A stretch of DNA of 64,000 bases. Source: Antedon mediterranea. Lineage: Eukaryota > Animalia > Echinodermata. The position numbers and the translations under genes were made by a program. Of this stretch, positions 14,693-26,600 are shown in pieces. The stretch is from assembly GCF_964355755.1 (NCBI RefSeq), contig NC_092673.1, positions 20,519,648 through 20,583,647 of the forward strand. Reading direction: 5' to 3'. The notes under the pieces are model-generated. The model was not told the origin of the DNA and made no database searches. It worked only from the letters and a program-made list of their open reading frames with translations. Every line of letters begins with the position of its first letter. Within the stretch, counting starts at the first letter, position 1.

Positions 14693-17600
14693 CGATGTGT
14701 GTTATTTCAGTATCTGTCACAGATCAGTACCACACGGCACTCATCAATGATCTTCTAGACGACAAGTACGACACGCGCGTGCGCCCTGTGCGCAACCCGG
14801 ATACGGTCACACAACTGCAATTTCAATTCTTTATTGCACATGTACTTGATATGGTAATTAAACACACTTTTATTACTTTATGAATTATCAAGTTATACAC
14901 CTGTCGATAATTGTAGACAGGTATTATCCGAATAAAGTACTTCAAATAGACCTACCAACATTTAAACATTAGAAAGTTAATATTTAGAATCATTTTATCT
15001 GATTGTTTCGTAGCAGCACTTGTCGATATTGTTAAGCTATATTACAGCAGAACCCTTGTTAAGGGCCTTTCACACCTGCTCTGGCACGGTTCCGGTCCGG
15101 CGACGGCAAATCCAATCGAACGTCAATGTTTCGTTTTCACGCGGCTACGAGCATATCGATTGGTGCTTGGCCGCGTGGAGCGTCGTAAAAACGAAACATT
15201 GGTGTTCGATTCGCCGGACCGGAACCGTGCCGGAACAGGTGTGAAAGGCCCTTAACCCAACAAAGTGTCCCATAGGGGTTCCCCTAGCTAAGAGTTTACC
15301 GTAGTGTTAATACATAGATTTTCCTCCATTATTTACATTAAACAGTATCCCTTTTATAAGAGTGTCCTCTGAAAAAATGTGTCCCAAAGAAGGGCTTCTG
15401 CTCTTATTTTACTTGGGAATAAAAGTAGGTCTAACCGTGCAATTGGAAACTACTAAAGCTTGGTTCCCACTAGTGACGCAACGCAATTACATAGACCAAT
15501 CACAACCGAAAGTTTGAATAATCGATCGCTTGTGATTGGCCTAATCACACGTTGCAATGGGAACCGAGCTTAAGTATGTTGATCCTTTATGGTCGATCCA
15601 ATGCAGTTCTCAAATATTAGACCACCACCCAATAGTTGTGAAATATCAATGATAACACTATATCAGTCACTTTGGCAATTTCCGCAGTAAAGATTTTACA
15701 CACGATTACCTCATTAGGAAATTTATATTCATGATGATATGTTTTGTTAACAGTTTAGTTTTGAATAGATGCAAGTGAAAAAATATTGTATAATAACATG
15801 CTTGTACAAGTGTAAATACACAAACTGTATTTATTTCTCCAGGTGATTGTAGCCAATGTTTTTGTTATCATCCCTGGGATTTGTGGCCTTAACTTAACGA
15901 CCTGCTTTTGAAATTCAGTCTTAAGTTCCGCAATTAATAATATTTTTGTTTGCATTTCTTAAAGGATGAACGAAAGCAAACGTTAACAAGCAGTACATGG
16001 TTAACAATGGTAAGTTTTTTTAATGTTTTTATGGAAATATTTATACAACTTATTAAAAAAATTTTGAAATGAATGATGAAGATAACCAAAGAATTTATAT
16101 ACAGTTATGATGCTTGAAAACAAAAATGTTAACGCTGCAGTAGGCATATCGTCTTTGTGTTAAGCGTGGTTCCCACTAGCGTAACGCAACGCAAGTGAAT
16201 TGACCAATCACAAGCGATGACTTATTCGCTTGTGATTGCTAAAAGCTTGGTTCCCCCTAGAACGTAACACAAGGACGTAAACGCAACGCAAGCGTTTTAA
16301 CCAATGACAAGCGAACTTATAGACAGTTAGCAATCACAAGCGAATAAACCATCGCTTGTGATTGGTCAATTCATTTGCGTTGCATTACGTCCTTGCGTTG
16401 CGTCGCTAATGGGAACCACGCTTAACTGTCTATAACGCTTGTCATTGGTTAAAACGCTTGCGTTGCGTTTACGTCCTTGCGTTACGTTCTAGTGGGAACC
16501 AAGCTTTAACTTTTGTTTTGCTTTTTAAACCTTTACTACTTTTGTAAGTATAGAAAAAAAAAATTTAATATGAAAAAAACAAGGTAGGCCTAATATGGAA
16601 TATAAAGTGAATTTACAAATTTAAAATGTTATAGGCCGCACCGCTGATGAAGTTGATAAAATTGTAATAATAATAGTTCATTCTTATATAGCGCATATAC
16701 TCAAGCTCTCAATGCGCTGCACATTATTACCACAGTCATTTTTAGGATCAAACACGTATGAAAACATACTCCCATAATGCAGCTAGTAATCAGTGTCTTG
16801 ATCTAACCGGGTACCCATTTATACACCTGGGTGGAGAGAGGCAAACGCAAGTAAAGTATCTTGCCTAAGGATACAAGCAATGCGACGAGTTGGATTCGAA
16901 CCTCGATCTCACGATCAGCAGTCGAACGTCCAACACACTGCGCCACACGCCCTCATAATGGGGAATGTGAAAAAGTGGTGTTTACGCCACAAAAGAGAAA
17001 AGAAAATATTTATACAATATTTCTACGTACGATGTCTCTGTGATGGTTGAATTATAGCAATATAGCATGGTACAATGTATTTAAATGTGTAGAGAATCAT
17101 TAATCACTTTATACTGACATTTGGTTATTAAATGTTTATGACAAGTATTATATTCAAGTTACAGAGACGTGATTTGAATAATCAATGGCAGGTGATTATC
17201 GCGCTGTACTATGTCTAGAGACAATAAACTGCAGGGCTGTTTCATGTCAAGCGACGGCCTATCCATAACATAAAAAAATGAAATTCACTGTTTAACACAT
17301 AACTGAACCTAACCCCTCTAAATAATCTCTCTTAAAACACAAACCACATCGACAAGGTTCGAACCATTGTCTTCAAGATTGGGTGTGTCTCACTCTAGAC
17401 TTGTAATCTAAAGTATTATACGTATAAAACGCCATGTATACCAACATATGTATCTTTTTACCAATATAGGTTGATCGCAGTCTACAATCTAGTCTTATTC
17501 GTAATACTGCATGCTCCATTATAAAGATTGTCCGAATGCAAAAAAACATGAAAACGATTATTATAATGATTACCTTAATATCATAAGTAATGCTGTTATG

Positions 17601-20600
17601 TTTGTAACGTTATACATTTTATATATATTGATGTGATCTGTCTTACTGAAATCTACTTTATAGTATTTGCGCGATTAAAACACGCGAAAAATATAAACCT
17701 GTATGGATTTTATAGAAAAAGTATCAAACAGAGATATAAAAGGGAAGGAAGGATCAAACAGATGCTAATCAACAAAATCAAAACAAATTAATCTACAAGA
17801 AATTTACCAACTGCAGCCTTCATCATTTGGCAAAATTTAAAAAATGTAGACATGATGACATCATATCACTACCGTATTTGGGCAAATCAAACTTTTTTGT
17901 CACATAAAGGTTGATAGTGTAGATAGAGCTTAGTAATAATAGGCCTATGTATGATTTCCCTATATTGAAATGTTGCTTGTTTTCACAGAACATTTTTTAT
18001 TCTAAATTTTACTTTTATCAAAATTGTATATATTAAAGATTGATTTTCGTAGACCTGTTAAAACCATGGACACGTGAACACCAATAATACGTACGTACGT
18101 ATTTAAGTGCGCAAAAGATATTTGATCATAAATTAAAATATTCTGTCTTGAATGCAATGACCATACGTCAACTCGACATGAAAGTATAATTGACCGTAAA
18201 TAAAAGCATGGAAGTCCAAAGGGAGATATATTTACAAGACGTACATTTTGCCCTGAGGACTACGTTAAGCTTGCTGATGCACAATGTATTGATATTACTA
18301 ACAGTTCTGACATATATGTATCTACAAATGAAGAAGAAAAACATTGTTGTCTGTCTAAACTGAGAATTAAAATCCTTATGTTTGCCAGTTAAAATTATTA
18401 ATGCTATCTATATCGTGATGGGCATCATCTTATAACATTACAATTGTCGAAGTTAGTTTTCATTGTCATTGATATCATTATAATCAGTATAATCTCAATC
18501 CTCATAATTATTTCTCAATATCTTATCGGTGAAGCCCACTCGTTAAGCTTGGTTCCCACTAGAACGTAACACAAGGACGTAAACGCAACGCAAGCGTTTT
18601 AACCAATGACAAGCGAAGTTATAGACAGTTAGCAATCACAAGCGAATAAGCCATCGCTTGTGATTGGTCAATTCACTTGCGTTGCGTTACGTCCCTGCGT
18701 TGCGTCGCTAGTGGGAACCACGCTTTAGGGCAATGTCTGCTTTTTCAAAAACAAATTTTTTCTACAAACTTTCTTCCTACGTGTTACAATGTAGGCCTAC
18801 ATATTAATTTTCATTGTGAATGTGTGCGATACTGTTCATTATACAAGTAACAGTTAAGACCAGTTTACATAGACGAGCGGTAACTGTAATACAAATAGAA
18901 TCTACCATATTCCTTATGACTATTTACACACAACGCGGAGCTGAAAAGCAGCTGTTTCCGGTGAGGATGAATACAGATTCTAGGGACAAGCTACGCGGTT
19001 TTCCGCTTACCGTTACCGCTCGTCTGTTTAAATTGGCTTTTTACGCGTTGTTTTTCTACATCGTTCATTCTATCTTAAACACCAACTGAACCTTTAAACC
19101 CGACTTGAGAAATCCTTTTACATTGTGATTTATTACTGGCATCACAAATTGTCTGTTCCGGACGATTATGGTAATGCCCAATGTGATAGTCCAAAGTGAT
19201 ACAATATAAATAGTTAAGCCTATTTGTCTTAATTATATCTTCAATAAAGTTATTTTTAGAATATCTGAATTGTATTATGAATACTTAAAAAGGCAGTTTA
19301 TTATTCATATTTATTGAGTACGTTATGAAGATGACTTTAACTTAATATGACTAAGTTACTAGCACTTCTTCTCAGATGTTACTATTATACAACACTTAAA
19401 ACATATTCGCATAATTTTTTCCTTTTATTTTTAATTCAGTGGATTGGTATGAAAACACATAAAACATAATTCGCACTTTTTAAGTCACTCTCAAAGTCAC
19501 TCTGAACATATTTTTTCATTTCATTTATTTATTTTCCACACATTAAACAAAAAATAACAGATGTTTATACTTTAGAAAAGAAAAAAAGATAAAAGGTGAA
19601 AGGAGATCAAAATAAGTAATAATTACTTTAAGCATTGATCACCTGAATGATTTAATTTAATTATACACATTTTAACAAATAATATTATACAAATAATGAA
19701 TGTTTATGAGTGCAATGGTACAAATAATGGCACGAGGTGAATGATGAAAGGTTATATCAACGAGGCAAAGCCGAGTTGATATAACCTTTCATCATTCACC
19801 AAGTGCCATTATTTGTACCATTACACGAATACAAAACATTCATTATTTGTTTTATATAACATCTAGACGTTTTTTTTTCGTACACAAAAATGTTTCAAAA
19901 AGTACTATTTAACGATCGTTGAATAGTGCGTACTATTGCACGCCATGTGACCCACATTCGTCCAATCAAATGACAGGAATTTATATAGGTGTTATATAAT
20001 ATTTGTTATTATGTTCTTTAAATGTATATCGTGTAAGCATTCAGTCTGTCTATTGTTAGTTTCTATACCGTAATAAACTCTTTGATTAGGAATATTCAAA
20101 AATGCCAAATCACCATGAATAAAATAACTTATTACACATCAATAATAAAACGCATTAACCTTTCGGTTTTCAGCAACATGGATTATTTACTTTTCAAAAG
20201 GTTTGTTACTGTATCTTAAAGGTTTTTGTGTAAAGCTCTGTCTACATTATCAAACAGTAGTTTGACAAACAACACTGTGATCTGCCTAATGACATCATCA
20301 TAAAGTTTGATAATATAGATAGAGCTTTTTACTTTTAGTAATTATCTTAATTAGGATGATCATATTGAAAATGAATATGTGCGTTGTAAGAATTCAAACA
20401 TCTTGATATCTTATAAATGATGACGTGGTCGAGAATGTTAAAGCATATACTTCCCAAAAGAAAACACTGAAAACGCTGACAGCGTTTAACACATGAAATG
20501 TGATAATCTGAAAATCGTAAATTGCTTAAGTTATTTTCTCACCTTCCTAATTCTTGATTGTAGACAAACGCTTTTGAAGAGTAAATTATTTATAAAATGA

Positions 20601-23600
20601 GTGTATTTAAGTTCACCTAGCATAGAAATAATTTGAAAATTGCACAAAAACACAGTTGGTGAAAACTGATTTCTTTTTTTTTTATTCAGAAAACAATAAT
20701 TCTCGGGATGGGAATTATAATTCCCTCCCCAACCGATTATAAAATAAATGTAATATTAAAATTAAAGAGCACTGTAGTGCTAGTAACATATTTGCCACGA
20801 GGATAATACCCTCTTTTTATGAGCATGTCTATGGTTTTAGAATAAGAGTTTGAAATACTGAAAAGATCTTGTTAGGTGTACTACGAACTATATGTTACGA
20901 TCTTCAAATCTCTTCACTAAAGGTGATAAAATTCCTATTTTTGTGTGATTTTCCGTTTTGTATTGTTTTATGTATATATGGAATCAATCAATCAAATGTG
21001 TTTTCATTTTATTTTCTCTTTCAGATTTGGACGGACGAATTTTTGACATGGGATCCAAGTGATTATGGAAACTTAACAAAGTTTGTTGTTCCTGCAAAGG
21101 ATATATGGCTTCCTGATATATATTTCTACGAGAGGTTTGCATTATTACTATAACCATGCTTTGTATGTTAGTATGTGAGTTGTATTTTTTGTTTGCAAAA
21201 TCTATTCAAGTTAATCAAGAGACGGCAAGTCGAAATATCAGTGACGTAACAAAAGCTTATTAAAATCTCGAGTTATCTCCATCTTTAATATGGATCGAAA
21301 AATTAAATAGCACGCCCTCTCCCGTTCTCTGAATTTTTCACTCAGTCGCTTATTTTTTTCATACTTATTATAATAACAATAAAAAGTTATTTATTTTTTA
21401 CTCTTATTTAAAAAGTGACTTTACTTGTTGGTTTAACGAGATAGTGATTTATAATTACCTAAATTGAAGCCCAATTTGTGCACTTGATTATAACATGTTT
21501 TGCTTCATTTAGTTTCTCAAAACTAATATTTATAATCGCTTCATTAGGCTACTACTGTTAAAATTAATTACAAAGTAATTTAGCATTCAAAGTTGGAAAT
21601 GACAATACATTTGTTTTATATTACACCTTAATAATCTTAATACTTAGTACTACTGAACTAACCTATTAAACTAATATTGACTAAACAAATGCGACTAAAA
21701 CAATTAACACCGAAGGGTAGAAATTACCTCATGCAATGAATCGTTACTGATGTATACATTCGTCGTTTATTTTCTTTGTGTTCTACATTGATATACGAAC
21801 TAAACAACCTGAATATTAACGTATAAGATAATTATATTTGATGATGAGAATGGATGAAATGCATGATTTAGAGAATAATTTCTATTTACGTTTATTTTCA
21901 GTTTGAATGCATTCTCTATATTGATTTTTCTGTACTACCTTATTCTTATAAATATTTAAAAAGAAGAAGAAATTAGAAACTGTACAAAAACAAAAATGAA
22001 ATAAAAACATAACTTTGGTTAATTAATAATAAACTGAAATACGATCGATTTGTATTAACAAGATCGGTATTTGCAGATTGTGCAGTACCTCTTCGATTTT
22101 TTTGCTAAAAAAGTCCTATAATCCTTCTAAAACAGCAAACTAACTTCAACAAGTCATTTGAATAATCCGCGATCATTTTAAACAAATCCGTAAACATTTC
22201 AACAAGTCCGCGAACATTTAGACAAGCTTTCAAATGACGGTATTGCAAAATGTGAACTATTTTTTGCTCATGATCTGTTCTTCGCTAGAATACATCGTAC
22301 AATAATTTAGAAGCCTACTTCAGTAGTACTACTCTTCCTAAAAATAAGCTTCGATGCTCAATTTTTTTCAAAAAGTTCTAAATAGAACATCAAAATTATC
22401 ACTAATCGTTTTTTTCTGTTCACAAATCGGTTAATGAAAGATAAACGATAAACCTTGAAGCCAGAGCAATTATGGAAGTAAATTTAGTAGTTGATGATGA
22501 ATAGCCAAGCCCGTGGCTAGAGTACCGTAATTCCTCTAGTGTCAAAATCAACAAAATTATGCATAATTTTCAGGCAAACAGATCATTTTACATAATATAT
22601 ACAGCTCCATTGATACGTATATAATCCGAAACACTACGCAAGCAAAATGAAGATTAATTCTAGATTTGTTATTATGGGCTAATAAAAAATATGATTCTTC
22701 TTCCAAAATTACTATGTCTCCGTAACTGACTATGAAAATACGAATATATAATAATATTGATGATTCTACAATGCGATATTGGTCTCATTATCGGACAGGT
22801 AGAATAATACCAATCCTTTATAATATTAATATTTATGAATTTAAATCATTGCTTAGTTTAAAAAGCTTACCGACATGCTATGGCTAATCACCATCGCGTA
22901 CACGATTGTTGATGATTACATTAATTTCGTACTACAACAACTGAATTTCAACTGCAGGCTTGCCTTCTAAGTTACAAAACACCAAAAAGTATTGACATTA
23001 TTATTCTAATCTATTGATGGTTTTGAATTATACTGACATATGAAGCCCGTAATGTTACTACATTTATCATGTTGTCAACATACTTGATACATGTTAGTTA
23101 GGCCGTTATGAAATAAATGTGATTGCTGTAGGCGATTCTTTCCCAGTAGACCGGTTCTTTGAAATGCCATTTTTCATGTAGTGAGTATTTGTCATTTTCT
23201 TCAGTAATTGTCATTTTCTTCAACACTTTCTGTGATGCTAAGTAATACCTCCATGTTAATTTATGTCATTCATTTTTATTTCTTTTACTGACATGTTCGT
23301 GAACAAAATCGGCAACAAATAAATGAATCGCCTTTAGCTATACAATTCAAGCTTAAATATGCCATAGTGTAATGGAATATATCATTTAAACAGTTAAATA
23401 AGAAGTATGTAATCGATGACAGTCTATTTGAATTAATTTCAAAATAAAATAACACGGTAGAATTATTGTTAAACATGATTATTATGACGATTACGGTATA
23501 GGATACAAATAATGAATCCGAATGGTGAGATTATTTCATGAAGTTGTTTCTATTTATAACGAGGCGGAGAAAGAGGATCATATTGGTGACGACAAGGCTG

Positions 23601-26600
23601 TGCTGATGATTTGGAGGTTTGTGTGGAACATGGATGCTGTATAGTGATCTTTACCCAAACCTTAAAGATGTATTGTCTCTCTGAAAAAATAATTCTTAAA
23701 ACATGTTTTGTTGAATATGCCATTTTAATGTCATAGTTATCCACTGACCAACAATTGGATCGATAAAAAACCTACATGGAAATATGTAATTTAAGCTAAA
23801 AATTGTTCAATTGGCTGCCAATGGGATTTGATTGAATATATCCGTTTATTTTGTCTCTTTTTTAATTTAAGTGAAAACAATTTGTTTTAGCTTTTTTTCT
23901 ACGGAAGTAATATTAAGTTGATTAAAACTACAAAATCGCCTATTCAAGTCTTCATTTGTCGTGTTTTTGGGGACAATACATCTGTAATGGACATTCAAGT
24001 CTTCATTTGTCATGTTTTTGGGGACAATACATCTGTAATGGACATTCAAGTCTTCATTTGTCATGTTTTTGGGGACAATACATCTGTAATGGACATTCAA
24101 GTCTTCATTTGTCATGTTTTTAGGGACAATACATCTGTAATGGACATTCACGATATTCTTCATAATAAGATTCAATATGTAGCATACCATAGTATTAAAA
24201 TAATTATTTTATTGCAGCATTGTAATTTATTCATAAATACAGTATAAACTTCGAACTAAATACTTTATACAATATAATAATGATTTGTAATTTAAATAAT
24301 TATTCTTTAAATTGCAAATTAAACAATTATTTGTAGAAAATATGTAACATTTGTGAATCAATTTCAAAATCCAAGGCAATTTGTTAAAGCACGTGTTATT
24401 TCAGAAATCGTGTAGACAGATTGGAATGTGAATACGATACTCATTGATTAAGAATACACTATCGCATTTCAATTGCCATTGATCCAAAAGACAGAATTCA
24501 AATGTAGAGGCTTTTAACATGTCAATTTTACCATCAATTAGACACGGTATGTAACGCGCACGTGCAGAAAGACGCGTCGTTATTGTGCGTCAGCCCTTAT
24601 TTAAGCATGTTTTCCAACCGACGTTGAATTGCGGAGAGTTGCGTTGAATTGACCGATTCAACGATTTTACACAAAATGGGGGTAAACATAGAAATCATTA
24701 AAATCTGCAATCGTTGACATTGAAGCGAGTTCAACTTTATCCACCAACCAAAAATGGTTTAAAAATTACGTCATAAAACAAAATACGTACGCGCTGATTC
24801 TTGTGCGACTAGTGAAATTCGCGTACTTATAGAAAGCCAGCAGCATTGTATGTCTCTGCGGCGTCACTGGTAAAAATATTAAAGATTATAGATTATCTTT
24901 TTTTTGTGTATTCACAAGAGTTGGATGCGCTTGTTTTATTTCATATTTTTACGATTTTTGTATATATTTCAACAAATGTAAGGGAGTGCTGCAATTACTA
25001 TTATAACGATATACTGTACATATACTTTTATATCGATCGTTTTAGTGTAGATGTTCTTCCAACAGTAAACACAATGTAATAACACTAATGCATGCCCACT
25101 TTTTCTGATAAAAATTATTCTACTTAATTATGCCTTTTTAGAAAAAAAAAATACAATTTATTAATGTTTTTACTATTTAAGTTGAAGCCATATATATGGT
25201 ACAATACCAAACCACTGACAATTAAACTCTTTTCGCTGTCCATTGTTTGTCACTGTCATTGTGTCTCGCTTTTATACCCAAGTTCTAGGTTTCTGATTGG
25301 TTCGAAGTTCACAGCACACACTGCACATAGACCTACTTTTACCCAAGGAAGACTGAGACCACTCACTCTTCACTTTGCATACCTAAAATTTCTTTTTAAT
25401 TAATAGATAGCGACAATCTAAATCCTTGTCTACACTATCAGACTCTGACAAAAAATGTGATGTGCCCGTATATGGAATTGATGATATCATTTTCACTACC
25501 ATATTTGGGCACATCACACTTTTTTGTCACTAGTTTGATAGTGTAGATAGAGCCTAGTGTTATTTGTTTTAACAGCGCTAACCAAGCAGATCAGCATTTC
25601 ATGAAAGATGAACTAGCCAAGATCTACTACGATGGTAAAGTAATGTGGGGAGCGCCTATCATCTTCAAAGGATATTGTCTTGTTCAAGTTAAATACTTTC
25701 CATTCGATAAGCAAGAATGCAAGATGAAATTTGGCCCATGGCAACACAGTGGGCACGAGTTAGTTATCAACGGTACTGGTAAGGGGAATAAACGACATTT
25801 TAATGATAAAATCTTGTCTCACTAGATCATTGATTACAATTGTTACTAAAATGGAAAACCTGTTGGTAATAAATGCTCTTATCACTCGCAGGAGAATAAG
25901 AATCACCTTAGATCCTGCGCACGACAACTTAGTGTAGTAATTCTGGAATAAAAATAGACACAGAACCAAAATTGATATATTGTAAACGTTACAATCGATT
26001 GAATCCGAAAATCCTTTCCTACGAATATTTATTCTCATTTAGTATCCGAACTGACAGGTTTAATTCTTGCGTCATCGGGGGCATACATTTTAGAGTGGTT
26101 CACGTCTTTCAGAGAACCGATTAAGCAGAGTCGTTTGTAATTAACTATCTATACGATTTCCTCAAAGAATACTTTAAAAATGAATCTGCTTTTATTAATA
26201 TTGGCGCCATAATTTAAATTATCGCCGACTACTCTAAGGTCATTTCATTTAAAGTTACCGAATATTTTCTAAGTATTATTTGAATGTTTATTATTTCAAA
26301 AACACACCTTTTTAAATACTATTTGTGCCATATTTAGGCAATGCTTTCCAAAGCCCTGTCTTCAATATCAAACCGTATGTGACAACAAAATGTGATGTGC
26401 CCATATATGAACGCCATTACAAAACGTTTTCCTTAAACTAATATAGTCATTCTAAATTGGCTAGATGGAAATATATCGATCTTTTTCTCCTATCATTAAA
26501 GTCAAGTTTTATTCGTTTAATTACAGAGCAATACTACACTATATCACAATATTGGAAAGGCATAAAACTTCGGCATGCGCGCGCGTCCAAACTATATCGC

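Noticed and set aside
16875-16952. tRNA gene
   Set aside because: A/B boxes are present but run into a SINE body and tail; no convincing cloverleaf.
23867-24247. Repetitive 17-aa ORFs on both strands
   Set aside because: By-product of a 51-bp (multiple of 3) tandem repeat derived from a MITE end.
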